Shown here in pieces: positions 49,005-62,028 of a DNA stretch of 64,000 nucleotides; within the stretch, counting starts at the first letter, position 1; each line of letters opens with the position of its first letter. The notes under the pieces are model-generated. The model saw only the letters and a list, made by a program, of their open reading frames with translations. It was not told the DNA's origin and ran no database searches. Both the position numbers and the translations under genes were made by a program. The stretch is from Octopus sinensis (Eukaryota): the NCBI RefSeq assembly GCF_006345805.1, contig NC_043007.1, positions 61,876,001 through 61,940,000 on the forward strand, read 5' to 3'.

Positions 49005-50269
49005 TTTTTGAATTTGGTTTTCGAGATTCTTTATGTGAGTTCGTGTGTTGAAGCATATTCTCTTGTGTCTGGGGAGAGTCATTCTCTTTTGGTGCCTTAT
49101 AATTTAACACACTCACCGGTAAAATCTCCACTTATTTCTTTTTCATTTTTCTAAAATTGTCGCTGCGTCTTGCAACCTTACCAATAGTTTTGACTCTGTC
49201 CGTTACTCACACTGCGTTCCTTTTTGTTTGTTTGTGCGCATGTATGTGGATCAGTGTGTGTGTGCCTATACATGCATGCATGCAAGTATGTATGTATGCA
49301 TGTGTGTATCCATGTATGTATGTGTATGCATATCTATTTACGCATGTACATTTGTATGTATGTATTCTGCATATTCATGCATTTGCATGTCCGTGTTTGC
49401 GTGTTTTTATGTATGTGTGTGTGTATTTGTATATGTGTGTGTGTGTGTGTGTGTACCTCTGTCTCCTTGTGTGTGCGTGTCTGAGTGTGTGTGTGTTTAG
49501 CAACGATGTGCCGTGTTTGTATGTATAGGTTGCATCTCCATATGTGTGGACGTGTGTCTCCATGTGTATGCTTGTGTGAAGTAAAGTGTGTGTGTATATA
49601 TGGTCATATGTTTCGGTCTTCATTTGCGTATGTGTGCTTGTTTGTTCATATAACCTATATAACTATCCGTTTGTATGTTGATCTGTTTACTTTCATATCC
49701 ATATGCTTACATACATGTGCATGTACATATATATATTCAAACACCTACCCCCCCCCACACACACACACATACATACATCTATCTACACACACACACACAC
49801 ACACATACATACATTTATCTACATATCAGCCCACTAACTATTCTATTCTACCTGTGTAAATTGTAGGTATGGAGGGTATGATATCTACTATGTACATTAC
49901 CTATTTAGTTTTGGGGAAGTTTCATTTATGAGGACATACTCCCGTATTTATCTGAGTGTTGGGTCCTTTAGGTACTTGGATAAGATGCAGATGTCGAGTT
50001 GGCCCGAGTCACCTCCATGTTGGTCCTTGGCAGGTTGGTAGAGTATGGAGAACTGTTTTTTGTCGTCATATTGTCTCTGTATATGTATATATATTGACTC
50101 GATTACTGACATCAATGGTTTCTCCTATTGTTTTGATACACCATTTTCTGTCATTAAGAGAACTGCTGAAATTTTTGACGCCACAGGTATGCAAATTATT
50201 TTATAAGGGTAAGAATAGAATCGAAGTAATGCCTCACGCAATTTAATTACACCTTTTTACCTTCTAAAT

Positions 50270-50805
50270 TCAAATCTCATCGAGGCCAACTTGCTTTTCT
50301 TGCTTCCTAGGTCGATACAATAAACCATCAATCAAGTACTGAGGTCGAATGTTTGGCATTGTACCAAAGGCGAGCTGGTAGAAACGTTAGCACGCCGGGT
50401 AAAATGCTTAGCGGCATTACGTCTGTCTTCACCTTTTGAGTTCAAATACCCCCGAAATCGACCTTACTTTTTATTCCTTCAGAGTCGATAAAAAGACCTA
50501 GTTAAAGAATGGGGTCGTTGTAATCGACTTGCCCTCTCCTTCGAAATTGCTGGCTTCATATCAAAATTTGAAACCATTATATTTATTACTGTAAGGCGGC
50601 ACGCTGGCAGAATCGTTAAAGCTCTGGGCAAAATGTTTAGCATTTTGCCCAGAGCGTCAACGTTCTGGGTTCAATTTCTGCCGATGTTGACTTTGCTTTT
50701 TATCTTTTCGGGATCGATAAAACAAGTACCAATTGAAACGTGTGTCGATGTAATCGACTAGTATCCTCCCCAAACATTTCAGGTCTTGTGCCTTTACTAG
50801 ATGGG
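50270..50805 (+). mobile_element. Head-to-tail dominant SINE array (partial copy; type B 50367-50575; type A 50593-50805)
   Basis: Three recurrences of the core. Confidence 0.85.
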
Positions 50806-51028
50806 ATTATTATTATTGTTGTCGTTGTCGTTTTTGTGGCTGCTTTTGTTGCTGCAGCAGCTCTTGTTGTTTATCGCTGAGGCTGAACGTGTTCTGGAAG
50901 CTCCGTGTGCCTTTGCCTCTTATTTTTAAAAATAATTTTTTTTATTAATTTTCAAAAAGGCGTCGTCTTTATCGTCCAGTCAGCAAGAGAGGAGGGTGGA
51001 GGAAGTTTTAACGATGAAACCGTCAAGT

Positions 51029-51270
51029 GATCGGTAATAAAGTCAAAGGAAAAAAAAAGTCACAGTAATAAAGTCACAATTTTGGCTAGGAAAAAAAGTC
51101 ACAGGAAAAAAGTCACAATTAATTTATGAAATCCGGACAAAGCCCCGCTAGGACAAAACCCCCTCGGACAACCTCCCCTTGGACAACCCCTCAGACACCT
51201 CACCCCGGACAAAACCTATGTGACTTTATTGCTGTGACTTTTATTCCTGTGTCTTTTTTCATCTGGATTC
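51029..51270. mobile_element. Foldback/MITE-like element with two kinds of subterminal repeats
   Basis: About 5 AAAGTCACA-type units, then GAAATCC plus about 6 GGACAAAACCCC-type units, then 3 inverted TGTGACTTT-type units ending CTGGATTC. Confidence 0.6.
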
Positions 51271-52149
51271 AACCATCCTTTTCAGTCATTTGTTACTGCA
51301 CAATACTGCAGACGTAGTAGTAATTAGAATTAGTAGCAACAGTATCAGTAACAACGGCATCTGGAAAGACAACAGCACTAACAATAACAGTAGCAGCGGC
51401 AACAACAATGACTGTCAAAATAATTCGCAAAATCACCACCGCAGTATAATCGTGCATTGCCACTGTTATGGCAATAAGCTGTCGCAGCGCAAAACTGCCA
51501 TCTCACTACCTTCTCTAATAAGAAGCAATGCCAGCAACGATAACAGTGAAACTAACCACAGCGGTGTAACAAAAGTAGTGAAAACAAAAGAAAACACATT
51601 TCCTTTGTCCAAATCGGTTTTCGATCGCATCTCAGTGTTCAATGAGTACGGAAGTTTAGAAAAGACAGAGGCATCAACAGCCTGGAATTGAGAAAAGTCA
51701 CGCTCAATGTACCGCAACACTTCTTCAGTAAACAGTAAAGAAAACAATTCTGTATAGGTACTTATCGACGAAAATATACATATTCGAACGTGTGCCACTA
51801 GGCCAAGCTGAATTCTGTTTGAGAAATATATGGCAAATCTTCAGTTTTGTAGGACATACCCGTAGTTCGAAAATATCCGAGGTACTTTATCGGCCTACTC
51901 CACTGCCTTCCTTTGGCCGGGAAGAAGAGGCTTTCGCGACAGGAAGGACTGAAGAAAAGCTCTTTCTACTTCGCTAAGCCCTCATCGACTGTTTAAAGTT
52001 CCAGTTAGTAAAGAAAATGAGGGGAGAGAGAGGGTTAAGTGCTCCCCACCCACCTCACCTCGAAAATTTGTAAAAAGTTTGGAGAATATAGCGAGAACAT
52101 CCCGAGTCAATAGACTTACTCTAATAATGCGTTGGTAGGTTAAAATGTA

Positions 52150-52377
52150 CAGAGGAGATTGGAGTATTTGCCGTAGTTGCAGTGGTGAGCAGGATGTTCC
52201 GGGATTTGTTATTTGATTACTTGGTTGCTCCAGGGTGATGTCACTCCCGTTGGGGATTTTTGTTGTTATAATTCCTCTGTTAATTGCTCTTGATTTTATT
52301 GTTTACACTTGTTTGCCTTCACTGTCCTTTGTGTATTGTCTTAAATGTCTTTGTTGCCCTTGTGGCTAATAAAGAAA
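52150..52377 (+). mobile_element. Tx1/L1-type 3' UTR-like tail
   Basis: Ends CACTGTCCTTTG...CCCTTGTGGCTAATAAAGAAA; parallels the ends of 37362-37690 and 52606-53607. Confidence 0.5.
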
Positions 52378-52558
52378 GGTAGCGAACTGGCAGAATTGTT
52401 ACCGCATTGGACAAAATGTTTAGCAGTATTTCTTCCGACTTTCCATTTGGAGTTCAAATCCCGCCGAGACCGACTTTGCCTTTCATCCTTTCGGGGTTGG
52501 CAAAATAAGTTCCATTTTCTCACTGGAGTTGATGTAATCCACTTATACCCTTCCTCAC
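52376..52558 (+). mobile_element. Dominant SINE
   Basis: GGTAGCGAACTGGCAGAATTGTTA...GAGTTCAAATCCCGCCGAGACCGACTTTGCCTTTCATCCTTTCGGGG. Confidence 0.85.
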
Positions 52559-52605
52559 TGGATAGTCGGGCAGGTTAAATTGTTCGACGTTCAGTTCGGT
52601 TTGGC

Positions 52606-53607
52606 TTGGTTTGGTTTGGTCCAGACTCTAGGCGGACAAGAACTGGGCACGGTGACAAGCAGGGTGATTGGTCTCACCCAAAAATGATCGAGAGAAAAGT
52701 ATCCTTGAAAAGTCAGGTGGAAGTGATGAATGCTGACATCACATCCATCTTCTACTACCGTCCGACCATTGTGCCTCGCTCCACTTCATGACTGACCAGA
52801 ATAGAACGTTTGTTTTCCGCTATACGTTAACATCGGGCAAGCCAAGTTAATGATGTACAAGCATGCACTGGGGTCACGACAGCTCCAGCGTTTTCTTGAT
52901 GGTGAAGAGACATGATCGTACTTGTTAGTCGCACTTTTCCACAGTTCGTCTCTTTGACAGAGCTGCAGCCCAGGATCAAGCGTAAACCGAGGCTGGTTCC
53001 CTGGCACCTTGATTGCCGTCAGGGACTCATAGCCATCTGTCGAATAATACGGTCGATGGATGTTCCACCATTGCGTTCTATTGGAGATTACGGATGAGAA
53101 AGAGTGTCGATCACCTCTGGGAAACTCTGGGCATCGATAAAACTCAACTAGCTTGTCTGACAGCTATGGCGAAAGAGATTGTGTATAGACGCGACTAAAA
53201 CGGCTGAAAAAAGACACTTTCTTTTACGGCCAAGCGCCCACTGACTTTTCAAGTTCCGGTTAGAAAAGAAATTGAAGGTGAAGAGGGATGTACTGATCAC
53301 TTTTTCCCAATAAATTTGAAAAAAGGTGGGTGAATGTAGCGAGAATAGCTTGAGTGAATAGATCTACTCTAAGCCCGCGCTGAAAAGTATGGAGGAGAGA
53401 GGACCGCCTGCCATGGTACTCCTGGTGAGTAGGAGAGAGCCAATATCTGTATGAGTGCTTCGTTGCCTTTGAGTGACTTTTCACGTATGAGGTATTTTGT
53501 TATCATTTTTGTTATTGTTGTATTGTTTACAAGTGTTTTTGTAAATCTCCACTGTCCTTTGTTTTTGTATTGTATTACAAGATTTGGCCGTCTTTGGGTC
53601 AATAAGG
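52606..53607 (+). mobile_element. Degenerate Tx1/L1-clade LINE 3' portion
   Basis: VWFGPD; ERKVSLKSQVEVMNADITSIFYYRPTIVP (L1-type LS..GR..L...Y block); FPQFVSLTELQPRIK...WHLDCR; KRWVNVARI; 3' UTR CACTGTCCTTTG...AATAAGG. Confidence 0.72.
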
Positions 53608-53634
53608 TATTATTATTATTATTACTATTATTAA

Positions 53635-54183
53635 GTGAGAGAGCAGTCCATGCCATCAAAGTGACACTGGGGTTAAATATACAAAGCCCAGTATACCCAT
53701 CATGACTACCCGTCTGATAAGGGTACACCAGGCACATGCATCACAACCATATGTGCGCGACATGGTGATATATCAAAATAAACAGCGCATGACCTTGCAG
53801 GTGGGGCCCAGTTAGAATTTTCTTCTGGTCGAGTAACCCATCCTGCTCAAAAGGTCCCTGAATAAGGGTTGTTTAAGGATGTTGAACGAAACTCCCATGT
53901 TTCCAGAGGTGAATTATTCAAACTCCAAAGAATTCCTCTCAACACATGGCTATGATGCTTCCCCACTACTTCTGCTTGTGATCAGAGATGCACATATTGT
54001 CAGCCACTAAGAGACATGGTCAACTGGTTATGGTCAAACAACTGACAAGCAAATCTGTGGTATTGAGCAGAATATTTGCTGTAGCCCATCTTTTATACCA
54101 AGACAAAACAATGTACATGATAACACTTCCAATCAGTTAAGATCAGAAGCCACGAGAGTCACTGCCTGGTACTGCATCAGGGC
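53635..54183 (-). mobile_element. ~550-bp non-coding (TAA)n-associated element, copy 2 (complete)
   Basis: Sharp ends with (TAT)n on both sides; collinear with 35454-35965. Confidence 0.88.
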
Positions 54184-54210
54184 ATTTATTACTATTATTA
54201 TTATTATTAC

Positions 54211-54241
<31 letters not shown>

Positions 54242-54243
54242 GA

Positions 54244-54545
54244 GTGAGAGAGCAGTACATGCCATCAAAGTGACACTGGGGTAAAATATACGAAGCCCAG
54301 GTCCCTAAATAAGGGCTGTTTAAGGATGATGAACAAAAAACACCCATGCTTCCAGAGGTGACTTGTTCAAACCCCAAAGAATTCCTCTCAACACATGGTT
54401 ATGATGCTCCCCCACTACTTCTGCTCGTGATCAGAAATGCATATATGGTTAGACACCAAGGGATATACTCAACTGGTTAAGGTCAAACAACTGACAAGTA
54501 AATCTGTGGTATTGAGCAGAATATTTGCTGTAGCCCATCTTTGTA

Positions 54546-54547
<2 letters not shown>
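54244..54547 (-). mobile_element. Same element, copy 3, internally deleted and truncated
   Basis: Jumps from GAAGCCCAG directly to GTCCCT; (TAT)n on both sides. Confidence 0.85.
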
Positions 54548-54581
<34 letters not shown>

Positions 54582-54589
54582 TTTCATTA

Positions 54590-57321
54590 GCATCTTTTTT
54601 CAATTCTGAAAGTGAACCTAAAAGAAGGGCCTATAGAAAACGGATGTTAACACTTTAAAGTGACTGAGCAGAGATTAGTTGATAAAGCTAATACTATTAG
54701 GAGAAGAAAGTGGATTACGGAAGTGGAGGTAGAAGAGATCACAAGAGAACTGGAAAAGAAAAACCAGGCAGTGGGAAAGACAAATAACATAAGAGATACA
54801 GCTCAAATCAAAGAAGAGCCTAAAGGAAAACATAATAATAGCGCTACCAATAAGGGACAACTGGCACTAATGTCTTAAGTGATTTAAGTGAAGAAGATCA
54901 GACGATTTTAGATGAGTTGCAGGAAGTAATGAATAAAGAAGTAAGAAAAAGACTGCCTGCATTAAAAGGTACCAACAGAAGGAAGTTGCTAAAAATGACT
55001 AGGAAAGTAGATACTGTTATCCGTAGGATAGATACTAAAAACATAGGAGACACTAACTTATTGATCTCTGCAGGGAGAGTAGTAGCCGCCAGAAGATTAG
55101 ATATCTCACAGGGAAAGATTAAAAGAGAGCAAATGTGGAAAAGGATGATACAAAATAAAGTGAAGGCTTTAAGACAAGATATGAGCAGAATAGAAGCCGC
55201 TTGGAAAGTGAACACAGTAGGAAACACAAGATGCAAATCTTCCTCCGAGAAAGGATACTGAGTCAAAGAGAAAGAATTTGGGACAGTAATAGAAGAGTTG
55301 AAAGAGCGTATCATAGCAGTATCAGGCATGCTCTCCAGATATCACAGAATAGATTATTTGAGACAGACCAGAGATTTATGACCAAATAGTGAAGAACGAT
55401 GTACTGAAGATGAAAAACCTAATGCAGAAGAAGCAAGAAAGTTCTGGAGTAATATTTGGGATAAGCCAGTCAATTGTAATGGAGATGCAGTATGGTTAAA
55501 GAAAGTGAGGGAAGAAGTAGTGAGTGAGAAGCAGCCAGATCTAAGATTAACTAATGCATTAATGAGTAAAGTGTTAGGAAAAATGCTGAATTGGGAGAAC
55601 CCAGGACCAGATTTAGTTCGAGAGTACTGGCTAAATAAATTCAGTAGTTTACATGGGAGGTTGAGGGAACAACTTCAGGATTGCCTTAATGGAGGAGTAA
55701 TACTAAATTGGATGACTAGAGGGAGGACAATACGCATTATGAAAGATAAGAGCAAGGGTAATACAGCTAGCAACTATAGACCAATTACTTGCTTACCATT
55801 AGTGCGGAAGCTGTTAACAGGAATGCTTTCAGAAAGTATTTACGAGAATTTACTACGAGAAGAACAGAAAGGTTGCAGGAATAGGGCTAAGAATGAAAAA
55901 GAGATAGATTCTTTAATACAGACTGTAAGACTCTTCATCAAAGACATAGGCATGGAATTTGGCATAGAAAAGTGTGCAATATTAGTCATGAGAAGGGGAC
56001 GGGTAGTCAACAGCAAAAACATCCAATTATCAGATGGCCAGGCATTAAAATCATTGAAAGGAAGAGAGAGTTTTAAGTATCTAGGAGTATTAGAATCTGA
56101 CAGAATACTAACTGTAGAAATGAAAACGAAAATAGAGGAGTTCATCAGAAGGGTGAAGAAGCTAATGAAGTCAAAGCTAAATGGTCCGAATCTAGTAAAG
56201 GCAGTATCATTACTTAGATACTCAGCAGCTTTTGTAGATTGGACCAAAGCTGAATTAGCAAAGCTAGACAGAAGAACTAGGAAGGGATTCAATATGAATA
56301 GAGGACTCAAGGGCAGGAGTAGCAAGATTATACCTACCTAGACAGGAAGACGAAAGAGGGTTAATATCAGTAGAAGACTACACGGAGTTAGTTACAGCAG
56401 ATAGAGACTCCTATATAGGTAATAGTGAAGAAAGTTGCTAAAGTCACAGCAAGACATAGGGAAACCAAAAGCCCAAACGAAGTTAAAAAACAGAAATTAT
56501 CTGACTGGCAGGAGAAGGCATTGAATGGTAGATTCCCAAAGACAGTTGCAGCAAATAATAGTAGTGAGACATGGTTATGGTTGCAGAAAGGAAAGCTGAA
56601 GAGGGAGAAGAAAGTTTGTTAGTAGCTGCACAAGACCAAGTATTAAGGACTAATTGGATAAAAGCCAAGTCAGACAAAAACCAAGAAGACTCCCAATGTA
56701 GATTATGCAAATCAAAAGAGGAAAGCATTAATCATATTAAGTGAATGTAGCATGTTGGCACAAAGAGTACAAGAAAAGACGACAATCTAGGGAGAGTAAT
56801 CCACTGGGAGCTATGTAGAAAGCTAGGATTTGAACATACTTTACCAGGTACGAACATGAACCTAGTAAAGTACTAGAAAGTTTGAAATACAAGTTGTGAG
56901 ACTTTAACATGCAGACTGACAAAGTAATCGAAGCTATAACGCCTGATTTGGTAGTAGTAGATAAAGAGAATAAAAAGTGCCAGATAATGGACTTTACAGT
57001 CCCAAATGAGGAAAAGATTAATATGAGAGGTATAGAAAAATAGCAAAGTACCATGCCCTAGATATTGAATTACAGAGACTATGGAAAGTGCGGGTAAAAT
57101 GTATTCCAGTAGTTATAGGTGCATTAGTAACTATCCCTAAAGATCTGAACAGATGGATAGAGGAATTAGGCATAAAACCCAGTTTAGTACAACTCCAGAA
57201 AACAGTGTTATTAGGGACAGCTAGGATATTGAGGAAGGTTCTTGGCATCTAAGGCTATTTGATATAGCCCGATGTTAGGATTCTTTTCTTTTCCAACAGT
57301 CTAATCTGTTGAGTGTATATG

Positions 57322-57322
<1 letters not shown>
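54590..57322 (+). mobile_element. RLE-type LINE (R4/Dong-like, copy I) lacking the RT catalytic core
   Basis: SEPKRRAYRKRM; TEQRLVDKANTIRRRKWI; PGPDLVREYWL; NYRPITCLP; EEQKGCR joined directly to NEKEIDSLIQTV...FGIEKC (the DY.KA.D, QGDSLSP and YMDD blocks are absent); CRLCKSKEESINH; WDF-like/QTD...PDLVVVD; QKTVLLGTARILRKVL; then (TAA)n. Confidence 0.9.
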
Positions 57323-57464
<142 letters not shown>

Positions 57465-57489
57465 CCTTCTAGTACAGGTACAAGGCCTT

Positions 57490-57632
57490 ACATTCTGAGT
57501 TTAAATTCCACCGATGTCAACTTTACTTTTCATCCTTTCGGGCTCCATAAAATAAGCACCAGTTGAGCTTTGGAGTCGATGTAATCGACTTATCCCCACA
57601 CCCGAACATGCTGGCCTTATGCCAAAATGTGA
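57490..57632 (+). mobile_element. Dominant SINE, 5'-truncated, tail type B, followed by (CAT)n
   Basis: Core plus GCTGGCCTTATGCCAAAATGTGAAAC. Confidence 0.8.
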
Positions 57633-57651
57633 AACAATTATCATCATCACC

Positions 57652-57704
<53 letters not shown>

Positions 57705-58782
57705 TATCATCATCATTATTCACACTGATAAAATGAAAATTGGAAAGAAATATTTTCGTTGCATACCTTTAATTATTTCACCTATCTCTTTTATTTACAT
57801 TATTTTTGCTTGTGGGCTTCCAAAACAGAATTCCTGTCACGATACCACGCTCCGTTCAAGATAAGAGATTTCTTGGATGCAATTCTCTCCACATATTTCT
57901 TGTGTTTGAATAGAAAAGGAACTAATATGATTTTTAACATCATTCAGCGTGTGAGAAAGAGAGGAGAAGGAAAAGCGAAGTGTGTGCGAAAGAAAGAACG
58001 TTTAGAGATAAGAGGAATAGTTTGTACATGTATGAGTATGTGCGTATATGTATGTGTATGCGTGTGTCAGTGTGTGTGTGTCTTTCAATGTGTGTGTGTG
58101 TGTGCGCGCGCGTATAACAGCGTGCAATAGAGAAGAAACAGAAAGTAGAAATAAGGGAGGGAAAGAGAGGGAAGCTGAAATGAAAGAGGATTCGTGAACC
58201 TGAGAATGAGAAAGAAAGGGAGAAAGAGAGAGAGAGAGGGGGAGAGGGAGTGTGTGTGTATGTGCGCGCGCGATTTTTTTTTTTTTTTTTGCACGTACAT
58301 GTATTAAAGAGGTGAAAGAGAATATGTGAATGTAAGAGAAAGTGCAGCAAAGTATTCGAGAGAAGGTGAGAAAATAGACGAAAGGACTAGTTCTAAAAAT
58401 GGCTGTAAAGAATTTATTAGAAGGTTAAACAAATGAAGGGATGGCGGCAGTGTAAGCTTTGAATGTATTGTCTGATATTGTTGATGGTTCGCTCAATAAT
58501 TGTAAACTCTGGACGCGTCATAACGGCCAAACAAGTCTGGTACATGTTTCAAGTCCTTTCGTTACAATTTTTGAAGACCTTCAAGGCTGATGAGATTACT
58601 GCTGTAAATAAGGGTTCAGCCTAGTCATTAGAAAGTCAATGACGTCATTATTGCCTCTAGAAAGCCTTTAACCCACTAGGAAGCTGAATCAGTAATGCAA
58701 TGAGCATATTTAGAACAAGACAGTTTGATCGAGTCTTTCCCGGTGAAAAAAAAGTTAAATGTTTCTTGTCTATTAGGCAGTA

Positions 58783-58850
58783 CAGGCATACCTCAACTTA
58801 TGTCGATTCAAGTTAAGTCATTTTCAACTTTAGGTTTTTTCTATTTCTAT
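58783..58850 (+). mobile_element. Possible pogo/Tigger-like terminal fragment
   Basis: TA|CAGGCATACCTC start; no partner TIR found. Confidence 0.3.
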
Positions 58851-59769
58851 GAAATTAACGGTGTAAAAAATTAACCTTAACTTCAGTTGATTAAACCGAG
58901 TTTACGTCGGTCTCCACAAGCATATTTAAAAGCATGAAAATATTAAAAAAAGAGGCACCTACGAACCAGCACTGAAGTGGAAAATCAAATACGATACATG
59001 TGAATATGCATAATTCATTTATTAAAACAGGGTATTTAGTTACATGGTTTTCGGAACCGATACAACTTGCTGCTTGATATGCGGTTTTAGAGCAAGAGTA
59101 ACTTTTTGAATATTAAAGGCCTTGGGTAGAGACATAATACAGAGTTTCTGAGAAATTATACACTGCTGAAGAATCAGAAGTTTTTCGAATCATATCCAAA
59201 AGTTTTATGTTGAAGTAATTAGAAAACCTGACAGAATTCATCTATTTGGCTACTATTTGAAATTATAGGTAGAAAGTGTATTTGAAATAATTCAATACGG
59301 AATCGAACTCGCATTACAGATTCAATTTCTCAGATTCGGTATACCTCTATATTTCATTCATTGTACTTATCCTTTATCCTACCAAATTTAGAACTTATGG
59401 ATTTTTGTCTATATCTCGCCGATCATGAATAGTTTAGTTGCTGTATGAATGAACGATACTGTGTGATTCATTGAGAAAATGTACTGTCACAAGTACACTC
59501 ACTGATTATACAACCTTCTTTAAAATACCACAATATTTCATTGAAATATTATTTAGTTTCGTTAATAAATTTCATGATCTTTTTAACATGATTTAGTGCG
59601 AAGGCGAATGGCAGCGACTTCATCTTTTCCTGGTCACTAAGACTGATAGGAGAAAGTTATCTCCCATACAAGAAACGTGATCCCAATATTTGTAGCAGAG
59701 TCCAAGAGACATTTGATGGTGCTACACTGGGAAGGATTAAGTCTAGCACCCAATAACAAGAACAGTGAT

Positions 59770-59892
59770 TCCGACAGATTTCAACAGTTTCCATCGACTA
59801 AATTTCACTCAAATTCTTGTGCATTGGGATCGGATCTTAAGCAATATAGTCATGAAATAAATTTCTTAACCACATGGCCATGCTTGCACCAC
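59770..59892 (-). mobile_element. Decayed copy of the third SINE family
   Basis: Minus strand GCATGGCCATGTGGTTAAGAA...GATGGAAACTG parallels 22487-22627. Confidence 0.45.
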
Positions 59893-60564
59893 ATACAAAC
59901 TAATAAAATATTCGAGAGACAGTCATAGCGTATTGTCGTCTTTAGTAAAGTAGTGAACTTTTATATTCACGTGGCACTTGTATATTCTCAGTAAATTTAG
60001 CATGTATGTATTTGAAGTGTCAGCGACAAGAAACTTGATGTTTGAAACTTCATTCGGTAGTACTGTATCGAATAAAGTTACTGCGAATTCTCATACCTAC
60101 ACAAAATACATTTGTTAACTCAATAGGAAGGTAAAAACAATCATAGTGTTTTAAAATGAGTGATCAATGAAGTAAGCATTATTGCACAAAAAAGGAAAAA
60201 GAAAAAAGGAAAGAAGGTTTCGAAAACCTTCCAATTAATTGCTAAAATGCTTTTAAAAAAACATTAGTATTAGATGCAGAATAATGTGGAGAGGAAACTT
60301 TCTGGAACCGAATCCCCATGCCAAATTTGATTCCCGAAGCCAATTTCTTAACCTTGAGATATACATGAATGTCATACCATCTGTTGTGATTTGAGTCTAA
60401 AGAATAAAACTATTATCACAATGTCAACAAAGGAAGTAGAGTGTGGAATCCAAGCTAGTAACTGACTTTCTCCATTAAAAGTCTGCATCTGTTTGTGTAT
60501 CAGTAATTCTCATGGTGATGGCGGTAGTGGTAGTGGCGGTGGCGGCAGCGGTGGTGGTAGTGTT

Positions 60565-60700
60565 GATTCAGGCCAGCCTTGATCGAACAGGCCTATGATC
60601 AAAAACATTTCAACCATTACCATTCTCCCTACCCACTTTTCCATGTATATGTAGAACAAAACTATTCCATGTATCCTTTCTCTCTTAAGATGATGCGCTG
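60565..60700 (+). mobile_element. Unclassified dispersed repeat fragment (same family as 28070)
   Basis: Shares CAGGCCAGCCTTGATCGAA..G....ATGATCAA. Confidence 0.5.
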
Positions 60701-61850
60701 TAGTTTTAGAGCGTTTGGCAGTTACTTTTAGCAGGTAGAGTGACTGCTTTGCTCTACTTAGAACTATTATAAATATAAAATGGAACTCAACAATAAACAG
60801 GTGTTGTATACATTTCAGTCTCAAAACGACTGTCCTGGGATTTTAACATGCTTTGCCTCTCTTTTTCATATTTTAAAAATCTTTTTATATCTAGCCTTTC
60901 CGATATCTTGTGTTAAACAAACAGTCATATATATGGTATGATTAAAATTTTGCATTGGCGAATTTGGGGAATTTTATGTAGAAAAATGAAATCAGTTACT
61001 GTCCATTTTATTCGAAATCGAAAGGAATATCTACAGTATTTCAACATTTCATTTGTTATATACTTGAAATATATACATTTTTAACCGTTTAACTCTTAAC
61101 GCTTTAGCTTCTATTTTTTTAAACAAAACCTCAGTTTCTTTGTTCGTCCATAAGATAATGGCTACGATATCACGTGATGATATCAAGCGACGTCATGATT
61201 TGTGCATTTAGGAGTGTATCAAGTGTGGGTGAGGGAGAGTAGAGTTGTGAAACATTTGTTCCACGTTCTCCATTTAGACCTGCCATAATCTAGATACATC
61301 AAGAGAGGTGGAGGTAAATCTAGATGTTGGGATGATCAAAGCTTCTATAGTGTTTCGTCGTAGTTTTAACATTCTGCAACGCCTGCTGAAACTGCTATTT
61401 TAACTGTTGTTTATGCGCACTCATTCCACTAGTGTCAACTGTTTCACATGCTCAGTGACAGATGCTCAAGTTCACCAAGGGTTCTCAAGTCTTTACCTTG
61501 TTCATTCCGCCTGTCAAAGTAGTGAGCCGGGGTGTATTGACTGCGCTGCAGCTTGTTTGGGTCACAGGAGAGAGTTAGGTGCCAAGCAGAAACTAAAGGG
61601 GAAAACTTTCTTTGAGAGAACACAGCAAATGTGTTTCTTCAGAGGTGCTACCTCTCTTGGAACACTCCTTGCATTCCTAAATAGCGCCCACCCAAAAAGC
61701 CTTATCCATTTACAATTGCTGAGTATATCAGGTAAAGAACTAGCTAAGATTCATTGTAGAAACTTGTACATTTCATATTTCTGACATTAAATTCTTTCAG
61801 GAAATTTTATCTCTTTTGTCCTCTCAGATATGGTAATATATATATAGTAC

Positions 61851-62013
61851 TATTTCGTCTGTCTGTACGTTTTGAGTTCAAATTCCGCCAAGGTCGACTT
61901 TGCTTTTCATCCTTTCGGGGTCGACAAATTAAGTACCAGTTGCGTAGTGGATCGATCTAATCGACTGGCCCCCTCCCCAGAAATTTCGGGCCTTGTGCCT
62001 AGAGTAGAAAAGA
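61851..62013 (+). mobile_element. Dominant SINE, 5'-truncated, tail type A, TSD-flanked
   Basis: ATATATATATAGTAC (61836-61850) and ATATATGTATAGTAC (62014-62028). Confidence 0.88.
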
Positions 62014-62028
62014 ATATATGTATAGTAC

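Noticed and set aside
1009-49866. Dozens of ORFs such as MYVCMYVC..., HTYIHTYI..., poly-Y/L/S/V/I/K/E
   Set aside because: They are translations of (CATA)n, (AC)n, (TA)n and triplet repeats that lack stops in some frames; no coding evidence.
51290-51798. Overlapping ORFs; ELFSLLFTEEVLRYI resembles a piggyBac N-terminal motif, and SVFDRI could be exonic
   Set aside because: The match is too short, there are no TTAA/TIRs or DDD motifs, and no splice pair keeps a frame open.
54170-54183. GCCCTGATGC at the end of the 550-bp element as a hammerhead core
   Set aside because: The core reads CUGAUGC and no stem II-GAAA follows.
58638-58649. Palindrome AATGACGTCATT containing a full CRE site
   Set aside because: One 8-mer in 64 kb is near chance expectation and there is no promoter context.
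61407-61784. 125-aa ORF with a CAG|GTAAAG donor-like site near 61730
   Set aside because: No recognisable domain or acceptor. The VHQG...EP stretch may be a decayed L1/Tx1 RT block, but the evidence is too weak for either call.
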